From Verrucomicrobiia bacterium (GTDB lineage Bacteria; Verrucomicrobiota; Verrucomicrobiia; Limisphaerales; UBA11358): a DNA stretch of 64,000 nt. The notes beneath the pieces are model-generated. The model was not told the DNA's origin. It saw only the letters and a program-made list of their open reading frames with translations, and did not search any database. A program made the translations under genes and the position numbers. The stretch spans positions 8,179-72,178 of the forward strand of contig JANWKE010000054.1 in NCBI GenBank assembly GCA_025451535.1, read 5' to 3'. Of the stretch, positions 17,845-25,205 are shown in pieces. The number at the start of each line of letters is the position of its first letter. Position 1 is the first letter of the stretch.

Positions 17845-19258
17845 AATCCTGTTAATCGAAGACAGCTCCAGCACCGCCGCCTCGTTGCAGAAGGTCCTGC
17901 AAGAGGAGGGCTACGACGCGGATATCGCCAGCCGCGGCGACGTCGGTTTGGAACGGGCGTGCCGCGAACAATACAGTGTTGTCATTACCGACTTACGGTT
18001 GCCCGGCCTGGGCGGCATGGAACTGGTGGCTCAACTTCACACCGCCAAACCGAAACAGCCTATCATTTTAATAACCGCCCACGGCACAACCGAAACGGCT
18101 ATCGAAGCAACCAAGTTTGGCGCGTGCGATTATCTGCTTAAACCATTTGAAGCCGATGAATTGCTTGATTTGGTCGCCTCCGCCGTTGCCAGCAGCCGGT
18201 TGATGTCCGAACCGGTGGCCATGGGCGAGGCCCGCATGAACCGTTCCGCCATCATCGGTCAAAGCCGTGCCATGCAGGCGATCTACAAGGAAATTGGCCG
18301 GGTCGCAGCGACACCGGCAACGGTGTTGATCCGGGGCGCCACTGGCACCGGCAAGGAACTGGTCGCGCGTGCCATTTATCAGTACAGCGATCGCGCGGAC
18401 AAACCTTTTATCGCCGTTAATTGCGCTGCCATCCCGGACACGTTGCTGGAGAGCGAGCTGTTTGGTTATGAACGCGGCGCATTTACCGGCGCCCAGGGCC
18501 GCCGCATCGGCCGGTTTGAGCAGGCCCAGGGGGGAACCATTTTTCTCGATGAAATCGGCGACTTGAACGCAAACACGCAAGGCAAATTACTGCGCGTGCT
18601 CCAGGAACACACCATCCAACGGCTCGGCAGCGAAGCCGATATTGCCGTGGACGTAAGAGTGCTGGCCGCAACCCATCGTGATCTGGAAACGGCCATCAAA
18701 GAAAGGGAATTCCGCGAGGATTTGTTCTATCGCTTGAGCGTTGTCACCATCACTCTGCCGCCCCTGAGCCAGCGCACCGACGACATCCCTGATTTAACGA
18801 AATATTTTATTCAACGTTATGGAAAGGAACTCGGCCTCGACTCCCCAGCCATTCAGCCGGAGGCTATTTCTTTCCTGCAAAGCCAGCCATGGCCCGGCAA
18901 CGTGCGCGAGTTGGAAAACATCATCCGCCAGGCATTGCTCCAGGCCCGGCCGTTCGCCATCAGTTTGGAACATGCGCAACGTGTGCTGGCCAAAACCCGG
19001 AAGCCGGCCGAGGCCAGCCAGCAAACTCACGCCGCTTACATCGCCGAGCTGCTCAACCGCGCGCAAAGCGGCGATGTCAATGACGCCTATTCACGCATGA
19101 TCACGGATTGGGAGCCCGAGCTCTTCAAGCAAGCCGTTCAACTGGCCCAGGGCAATCAATCCAAAATCGCCCGTTGGCTGGGTGTCAGTCGGATGAAGGT
19201 TCGGGAAAAAATACTTCAATTTGGATTGGATCCCCGGCGCGAGGAACGGAACAAGTAG
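17834..19258 (+). CDS. Sigma-54-dependent response regulator (NtrC family: REC + AAA+ + Fis-type HTH)
   Basis: The ATG at 17834 gives MKPKILLIEDSSS... (REC domain). AAA+ motifs: GATGTGKELVARAIY (Walker A), ESELFGYERGAFTGA (GAFTGA sigma-54 contact loop), GGTIFLDEIG (Walker B). C-terminal HTH: SKIARWLGVSRMKVREKI. The ORF-track start at 17636 lies inside the kinase gene and is unlikely. Confidence 0.9.
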   Translation: MKPKILLIEDSSSTAASLQKVLQEEGYDADIASRGDVGLERACREQYSVVITDLRLPGLGGMELVAQLHTAKPKQPIILITAHGTTETAIEATKFGACDYLLKPFEADELLDLVASAVASSRLMSEPVAMGEARMNRSAIIGQSRAMQAIYKEIGRVAATPATVLIRGATGTGKELVARAIYQYSDRADKPFIAVNCAAIPDTLLESELFGYERGAFTGAQGRRIGRFEQAQGGTIFLDEIGDLNANTQGKLLRVLQEHTIQRLGSEADIAVDVRVLAATHRDLETAIKEREFREDLFYRLSVVTITLPPLSQRTDDIPDLTKYFIQRYGKELGLDSPAIQPEAISFLQSQPWPGNVRELENIIRQALLQARPFAISLEHAQRVLAKTRKPAEASQQTHAAYIAELLNRAQSGDVNDAYSRMITDWEPELFKQAVQLAQGNQSKIARWLGVSRMKVREKILQFGLDPRREERNK

Positions 19259-19378
19259 CTGTGCGCCAACGCCGATTGGCAGGATTTATTCCATCGGTGG
19301 TTGCAAACGTTCCATTCGCAAAGCTCACCCGCCGGTAATCTGCCTTGGAAACCAACAGTTAACACCATTTCCATGGGA

Positions 19379-19392
19379 GGCACGGAACTTGC
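19379..19392 (+). promoter_or_regulatory. Candidate sigma-54 (-24/-12) promoter
   Basis: GGCACGgaacTTGC matches the GG-N10-GC consensus core TGGCACG-N4-TTGCW with correct spacing. Only the T before GG is replaced by A. It is intergenic, 121 nt after the NtrC-type activator gene and 250 nt before the lipoprotein gene. Confidence 0.65.
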
Positions 19393-19641
19393 CAAACGCA
19401 GGGCAGGCTTAAAGCTAGCAGCCTCTGCACAAAAAAATGCGAGGCAGTTGCCGGCGATGAACGCTGAGTGTGGTAAACACAAACAGGTGCAACCGCAGGA
19501 AACAGAAATGAGCACAAGGCTGACAGATAAAACAACGGTTGAAGGGGAGCAGATATTATAACTTTGTTTGAGCCAATTAACTGGCCAAGGGGCCAACGAA
19601 CGCAACGGCCCGGTGTCAAGCAAGTGAAAGGACTAAAAGCC

Positions 19642-19869
19642 ATGAAAAAAATCATTCCACTGATCGCCCTGGCGTTTCTTGCCGGTTGCGGAAACAACAA
19701 CTCCACGGAGAATCAATCGAGTCCAGCCAATCCGCCAACCAGCGAACAACCGGCTGGTTCCGGCACGACCGGTGTATCCAACAGCAGCCCCGCGACGGAA
19801 ACGGTCACAAACAGTTCCACGACCAATTCCAGTGGGATGAACACAAATGGCTCTGCCAGTGCGAATTAA
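19642..19869 (+). CDS. Small lipoprotein, Ser/Thr/Asn-rich
   Basis: MKKIIPLIALAFLAGC has a lipobox (LAGC). The 60-aa low-complexity S/T/N/P tail that follows looks disordered. AAAGGA lies 12 nt upstream of the ATG. Confidence 0.6.
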   Translation: MKKIIPLIALAFLAGCGNNNSTENQSSPANPPTSEQPAGSGTTGVSNSSPATETVTNSSTTNSSGMNTNGSASAN

Positions 19870-19999
19870 ATATTCGATTAAACTTAACTTTGCAAAATTT
19901 TCCGGGCCAAGGGAACGCAGAAAACCACTCGTACCCGAACCGTGACACGGCCACCAGGACGGCACACGGTCAAAGTCCGGAAATAACTGAAATGCTGAA

Positions 20000-20545
20000 A
20001 TGCGTATGAAAAAAGTCTTGATCGTAACAATATCGGCAACACTGCTCGGCCTTACCACGCGGGCAGCGGACACAGACACCACCAACACCAACGTCACCGC
20101 CAGCGCGTCGACGATGCCGACGAGTGGTAACAATGGCTATAGCAGCCATGCCGGCAAATTTGGCGCCGGTGTCACATTCGGTGAACCCATCGGTGCGGAT
20201 GTGAAGTATTGGTTCAACGAAACCATGGCCATTGATGGAGCCCTCGGCTGGTCATTTCACGATAACACGGACGTGTATCTGCACAGTGACGTTCTGTGGC
20301 ACAATTTTCATATAATTCCGGTATCGCAAGGCCAGATGCCGATCTATTTCGGTGTCGGTGCCCTGGCCAGATTCCGGCACGGCAACGATGCCAATCAAGT
20401 CGGCATTCGTGCGCCCGTGGGAATCTCGTATATGTTCGACAGCGCTCCCGTGGACATCTTTGCGGAAGTTGCACCCGCCGTTGACGTCGCGCCATTCGTA
20501 CGTGGTGAAGTCACCGGCGGCATTGGCATTAGATATTGGTTCTAA
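20000..20545 (+). CDS. Small outer-membrane beta-barrel protein (OmpX/OmpW-like, ~8 strands)
   Basis: 181 aa with signal peptide MRMKKVLIVTISATLLGLTTRA. The sequence has an alternating amphipathic pattern and ends with the aromatic residues ...GIGIRYWF, typical of BAM substrates. Confidence 0.7.
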   Translation: MRMKKVLIVTISATLLGLTTRAADTDTTNTNVTASASTMPTSGNNGYSSHAGKFGAGVTFGEPIGADVKYWFNETMAIDGALGWSFHDNTDVYLHSDVLWHNFHIIPVSQGQMPIYFGVGALARFRHGNDANQVGIRAPVGISYMFDSAPVDIFAEVAPAVDVAPFVRGEVTGGIGIRYWF

Positions 20546-20581
20546 ACAATTCCACAACGCCAAGGAGGTGGAGTGGGCCGG

Positions 20582-20630
20582 CCGGTGCCTTTTTGAGTGG
20601 TCTTTCCAGACCACTCAAGAAAGGTGCCGG
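20582..20630. other. Long imperfect hairpin (22/23-nt arms, 4-nt loop)
   Basis: CCGGTGCCTTTTTGAGTGGTCT-ttcc-AGACCACTCAAGAAAGGTGCCGG. There is a perfect 9-bp apical stem and an outer 8-bp stem with two G:U pairs. No U-tract follows. It is preceded by a strong SD-like AAGGAGGTG (20562-20570). Confidence 0.6.
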
Positions 20631-20717
20631 TGAAAGCGGGAACGCCCACGTCCCGACCAGAATTATGACTAAGACTGGAAAAATTGAATTTCACGTAAAA
20701 ATTTGCCTGTTCACTGT

Positions 20718-21872
20718 ATGCTGACCATTTCAAGACCAAAAAGCCAGGTTGCCAGGACGCATTTAGCAGGTGCCGCGACCACAGCAACCAGACGGGTTGC
20801 TTTGTTTGTGCTTCTATTGGGTGGATTGGTGGTCGCGACCTCTTCATCTGTTTTGGGCAGTCAAAGTGTGACCCTGGCCTGGAATCCAGTCACCAACGCC
20901 AATGTGGCCAGCTACAAGATCTACTACGGCTCGGCCAGTGGCAACTATACCAACGTTACCTCCGTTGGTAATGTGACCAACGCCACGATTTCAGGTTTGA
21001 CGGAAGGTGCGACCTATTACTTTGCCACCACAACTCTGGACACTTCCGGCCTGGAAAGCGTTTATTCCAGCGAATTAGCTTACACGGTCCCGAACGGCGT
21101 TCCCGGCATCCAGGTGACACCCGGAAACCTTGTCTATGGGACATTGCTGGTGGGAACGAGTGCGACAAACATTTTTACGGTACAGAACGTCGGGACGGGA
21201 ACATTGAGCGGGAGCGCGACCGTGAGTGCGCCGTTCAGTATCGTGTCGGGCGGGAGTTACAGTCTGGCAACTGGACAAACGCAGGCGGTGATGGTGGCGT
21301 TCAGTCCGAGTGCGGCAAGCAATTATAACCAGAATGTGAGTTTCAGTGGCGGAACGGGAACGAATGTGACGGTGAACGGGAGTGCGACCAATTCGCTGGT
21401 GTTGGGTCCTCCAGTTACAAACTCGTCCCCTACGATCATCACCGAAAAAATAACGGCTAATATAAACAATCCTGTTACATTGCAATTCACCACCAATCTG
21501 ACATCGCCAACCTGGCGGACGCTCGGTGTATTTGTGGGCTCAACCAACGTCTCATTCACAAACCTGCCGGCGGTGTTTATCCGGGGCATTTGCAGCAATC
21601 TCACCGGCTCGGTTTCGCTGGCCTGGCCACCAAGCACGAACCTGAATGTTGCAGGTTATTCCGTTTATTATGGCGTGGCCAGCCACACCTATTCCAATGT
21701 GCTGCAGGTTGGCAATGTAACCAGTGCAACAATTTCCAACTTAACCGCGGGCTGGGTTTATTACTTTGCGATCGATACCTATGGTCCTTCCGGCAAGCAA
21801 AGTCCGTACTCTAATGAATTAACTGCCGTGCCTCACACCAGCGGCTTTTCGTTGGCTACCACAGCCCACTGA
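20718..21872 (+). CDS. Secreted/anchored protein with two FN3 domains flanking Ig-like (ASH/choice-of-anchor-D-like) domains
   Basis: The ATG at 20718 gives a signal/anchor segment ...RRVALFVLLLGGLVVATSSSVLG. The N-terminal FN3 (SVTLAWNPVTNANVASYKIYYGSASGNYTN...TEGATYYFATTT) and the C-terminal FN3 (SVSLAWPPSTNLNVAGYSVYYGVASHTYSN...TAGWVYYFAIDT) are clear internal duplicates. Confidence 0.75.
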   Translation: MLTISRPKSQVARTHLAGAATTATRRVALFVLLLGGLVVATSSSVLGSQSVTLAWNPVTNANVASYKIYYGSASGNYTNVTSVGNVTNATISGLTEGATYYFATTTLDTSGLESVYSSELAYTVPNGVPGIQVTPGNLVYGTLLVGTSATNIFTVQNVGTGTLSGSATVSAPFSIVSGGSYSLATGQTQAVMVAFSPSAASNYNQNVSFSGGTGTNVTVNGSATNSLVLGPPVTNSSPTIITEKITANINNPVTLQFTTNLTSPTWRTLGVFVGSTNVSFTNLPAVFIRGICSNLTGSVSLAWPPSTNLNVAGYSVYYGVASHTYSNVLQVGNVTSATISNLTAGWVYYFAIDTYGPSGKQSPYSNELTAVPHTSGFSLATTAH

Positions 21873-22173
21873 CGGCCATACCCGGCAGAAAACGACGCAT
21901 AATTGCGGTAACTGACAGACAAATGTTCGAGGGATGGCTTTCAGTCATGCTGCCAGGAGATAGACTCGAACGCTAATTGCGTTCCAGTGCCTTCTGGCAC
22001 CTCAAAACTCTACAGGATATCGAGGACCATCCGGTGCAACCGCTTGACGATTGTCTTACTGGAGCTTCGCCGGAGGTTGAATCCCGCCCGATCAATAAAC
22101 TTGAACTTCCTGTCCCGGGCTGTTATCACAAACTGTATATCCGACACGGCCAACGACCCTTACCCGTATTTTC

Positions 22174-23514
22174 ATGCAAAAGCCCCGTTTAAATTTCTGG
22201 CAAATCTGGAATATGAGTTTCGGCTTCCTGGGCATCCAGTTTGGCTGGGGACTCCAGATGGCGAATATGAGCGCCATCTACAAATATCTTGGCGCCGATG
22301 ACAGCAAGCTGGCGATTCTCTGGCTCGCCGCGCCCATCACCGGCGTCATTATCCAGCCGTTGGTCGGGCAATCCAGCGATCGCGTCTGGACGCGGCTGGG
22401 CCGGCGACGTCCCTTTATTTTGGCTGGTGCGATTCTCGCGTCACTGGCTCTAATTTTAATGCCCAACAGCCCGTCGGTCTGGATGGCGGCCGGGCTGCTT
22501 TGGGTGTTGGACGGGACCATTAATGCCAGCATGCAGCCGTTTCGAGCCCTGGTAGCGGACAATCTTCCGGAGGAACAGAACGCCAAGGGTTTTGCCATCC
22601 AATCCCTCTTCATCGGTCTGGGCGGAACCTTCTCTTCGGCTCTACCCTGGATGATGACCAATTGGTTTGGCATAGCTGCCGAAGGCGCCGGACCGGGACA
22701 CGTCCCGCATTCCGTCCGACTCTCATTTTATATTGGCGCCGCCGCATTCATGGGCGCGGTGCTCTGGACGGTTTTCACCACCCGGGAATATCCGCCAGGC
22801 GAGGCTGAACTGAAGGAAATTCGAACCCGGAAATTCGATTGGACACTCGGTTTGGGCGATATCTTCTCGCTGATTTTTCACCTGCCGCGGCGGATGTGGG
22901 AATTGGGACTCGTCCAGTTCTTCACCTGGATTGGAATGTTCTCGCTGTGGGTCTATTTTTCCCCGGCCGTTACAAAAGATATATTTCATGCAGCGACCGG
23001 CTCGCCGGAGATGGAAGCCGCCGGCTCCTGGTCGGGTTTTTGTTTTGCGGCGTATAACGCTGTCTGCTTCGCGTTTTCCTTTGTGCTGCTTTGGGGCACG
23101 AAATACACCGGCCCCAAGCTGATGCACATTCTCTGCCTGGCGGTGGGCGCGCTGGGGTTGGCGTCGGTGCCCCTGGCTCCAGACAAATATTATCTGTTGA
23201 TCTCCATGACGGCCGTCGGCATTGCCTGGGCGAGCATCCTCTCCATGCCTTACGCGATGCTGGCGCCCGCTTTGCCCAGGGAAAAAGTCGGTGTCATGAT
23301 GGGCATGTTCAATCTGTTCATCGTGCTGCCGCAAATTATTGCCTCGAGCCTGCTTGGTTTTATCCTGAAACATTTTTTACACAGCGAACCCATGAACGCC
23401 CTCGTCCTGGGTGGCGCGAGCATGGGACTGGCCGCCTTGTTGACGCTGCTGGTGGTAACGGTCAAGCAGGCCGGTGGGGAATTTGCCGCACCGGGCGTGG
23501 CCAGCGCGCACTGA
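22174..23514 (+). CDS. MFS transporter, GPH/SUT (sucrose/maltose:H+ symporter-like) family
   Basis: 446 aa with ~12 TM segments. N-terminal FGFLGIQFGWGLQMANMSAIY and the loop motif SDRVWTRLGRRRPF (R-x-G-R-R-R-P) are characteristic of SLC45/SUT-type glycoside symporters. Confidence 0.85.
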   Translation: MQKPRLNFWQIWNMSFGFLGIQFGWGLQMANMSAIYKYLGADDSKLAILWLAAPITGVIIQPLVGQSSDRVWTRLGRRRPFILAGAILASLALILMPNSPSVWMAAGLLWVLDGTINASMQPFRALVADNLPEEQNAKGFAIQSLFIGLGGTFSSALPWMMTNWFGIAAEGAGPGHVPHSVRLSFYIGAAAFMGAVLWTVFTTREYPPGEAELKEIRTRKFDWTLGLGDIFSLIFHLPRRMWELGLVQFFTWIGMFSLWVYFSPAVTKDIFHAATGSPEMEAAGSWSGFCFAAYNAVCFAFSFVLLWGTKYTGPKLMHILCLAVGALGLASVPLAPDKYYLLISMTAVGIAWASILSMPYAMLAPALPREKVGVMMGMFNLFIVLPQIIASSLLGFILKHFLHSEPMNALVLGGASMGLAALLTLLVVTVKQAGGEFAAPGVASAH

Positions 23515-23571
23515 ACTGCCCGGACTTCACTCCAGGACAGAAACAGGACAACGATCAGGTTTGGCTTTTTG

Positions 23572-23597
23572 AACCGGACCGGGTCCGGTTTATTTTG
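23572..23597 (+). terminator. Rho-independent-like terminator between convergent genes
   Basis: AACCGGAC-cgg-GTCCGGTT forms an 8-bp stem and is followed by TATTTTG. It overlaps the stop codon of the convergent GH13 gene. Confidence 0.5.
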
Positions 23598-25008
23598 ACA
23601 CCGCACGGTGGTAAATCTGCCACTCGAATCCGTTCAGTTGAAATTGAGGCAGATCGCCGACCGGCGGATCGACCAAACCCGAAATCGGGACGGGTTTAAA
23701 TCCGCCACCGTTCTTCAATTCGACCTTTCCCGCTACCGGCCGGTTCGAAAAATTGACTGCGACAATAAATTCATTCGTGCCGTCCGAGCGCATAAAAGTG
23801 ACGACATCGTTGGCATCGGAATTGCGCAGCCAGGTCACGCGATTGTTGCAAAAGCAGCTGGCGTAATGCCCCCGCAGGTTAATCAAGCCCTGATAAATTT
23901 CGCGCAACGGCGGACGGCCCTTCGGATGCCAGAAAATCGTCAGCTTGTTGAACAACGCCGGATCGCCGGATTCCGTCGCGTCGCCCACTTCCATGCCGTT
24001 GTAGAGCAACGGAACGCCATCCAACGTGAACATCAGGGCCGAAGCCGCCAGCGCACCATTGATGCCAAAACGCGCCACCGCCCGCGACTCATCATGGTCG
24101 TCCGAGACGCGCATGTGCAGCGTGCCCTTGGGAAATTCCTGCCGGCTTTCCAGCCAGGTGCGTTCCAGATCGGAAGCCGGCGCACTGTCCATGATAACCT
24201 TGTTGAGGCTCGCCATCAGCGGCCAGTCATAGTCAATGTCAAATGCCTGCGTCATCAATTCCGGTTTGCTGGCCTCGGCCAGCCACATGAACTCAGGTTT
24301 GATCTTTCCGATCCTGGCCCGCGCCTCTTTCCAGAAATCCTCCGGCACCATGGAGGCGACATCGCAACGGTAGCCGTCAATGTCACAGGCCTGCACCCAG
24401 TATTCCATCATCTTGATCATGTAGGCGCGCAGGTCCGGGTTGGCGTAATCCAGCCCGGCCACATCCGTCCATTCAGGAACCGGCGGCAGGATTTTTCCGG
24501 TCTTGTCCCGTTTGTAATATTCCGGATGCTTCATCATCACGCTGTCCCAGGCCGTGTGGTCGGCCACCAGATCCATGACCACCTTCATCCCGCGCTTGTG
24601 CGTCTCGGTCACGAGCCGCTTGAAGTCGTCCAGCGTTCCGTAGCCCGGATCAATGGCATAATAATCCTTGACCGAGTATGGACTGCCATATTCCCCTTTG
24701 CGGCCCTTTTCGCCGATGGGATGAATCGGCATAATCCAAAGAATGGTGACGCCGAGGTTATGCAATTGGTCCAGTTTGGCAGTGACGCCGTTGAGATCGC
24801 CCGCCGGAGAAAAGTCACGGGGAAATATTTCGCAAATGACACCATCGCGCAGCCACTTCGGGCTGCTTTGTGCTGACTGGCTCGACAAATCCCCGCCTGC
24901 CTGCGCCACCGGCGCAAGCAACCCGAGCAATACGCTCAAGCATACGCAGGGTCCAATCGCGCGAAGAACCGCATGAAGTTTTGTCATATGGAGACGATTA
25001 CGAATCAT
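23590..25008 (-). CDS. Secreted alpha-amylase family enzyme, GH13
   Basis: 472 aa with signal peptide ...LLGLLAPVAQA. GH13 regions: VMDLVADHT (I), DGYRCDVA (II, nucleophile D), FMWLAEA (III, acid/base E), RVSDDHDE (IV). Confidence 0.9.
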   Translation of the reverse strand: MIRNRLHMTKLHAVLRAIGPCVCLSVLLGLLAPVAQAGGDLSSQSAQSSPKWLRDGVICEIFPRDFSPAGDLNGVTAKLDQLHNLGVTILWIMPIHPIGEKGRKGEYGSPYSVKDYYAIDPGYGTLDDFKRLVTETHKRGMKVVMDLVADHTAWDSVMMKHPEYYKRDKTGKILPPVPEWTDVAGLDYANPDLRAYMIKMMEYWVQACDIDGYRCDVASMVPEDFWKEARARIGKIKPEFMWLAEASKPELMTQAFDIDYDWPLMASLNKVIMDSAPASDLERTWLESRQEFPKGTLHMRVSDDHDESRAVARFGINGALAASALMFTLDGVPLLYNGMEVGDATESGDPALFNKLTIFWHPKGRPPLREIYQGLINLRGHYASCFCNNRVTWLRNSDANDVVTFMRSDGTNEFIVAVNFSNRPVAGKVELKNGGGFKPVPISGLVDPPVGDLPQFQLNGFEWQIYHRAVSK

Positions 25009-25042
25009 ACCTTAATTATCAACTTCCTCCCGGTTACGGCAA

Positions 25043-25058
25043 CCGCACAAACATGCAG
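25043..25058. promoter_or_regulatory. Alpha-glucan box (CCGCA-N6-TGCGG family), site 1
   Basis: CCGCACAAACATGCAG, with one half-site mismatch. Lies 35 nt upstream of the GH13 start at 25008. Confidence 0.5.
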
Positions 25059-25205
25059 CATCGCCGCTCGTTCCCGACCGCCTGGCTCCGCATCGCCGGA
25101 CACCACCACAAATGAGAAGACGAAATGCAATGCCACTGCCTTCGGGAAAGACCGTTTTCCAGTTTCTGATTATGTGGTTAAGTTTTTGCAATTCCTGCTC
25201 CGATG

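Noticed and set aside
19425-19442. CTGCAcaaaaaaaTGCGA in the leader downstream of the sigma-54 promoter, which resembles the alpha-glucan box.
   Set aside because: The spacer is 8 nt instead of 6, both half-sites are imperfect, and the context is not a glucan gene. It was not counted as a site.
25034-25054. Mini-ORF ATGTTTGTGCGGTTGCCGTAA (MFVRLP*) on the minus strand. Similar 'MFVRW' readings occur at the other boxes, which suggested a conserved leader peptide.
   Set aside because: Two boxes read ATT instead of ATG at that position, and the orientation relative to the downstream gene is not constant. The similarity is explained by the DNA palindrome itself.
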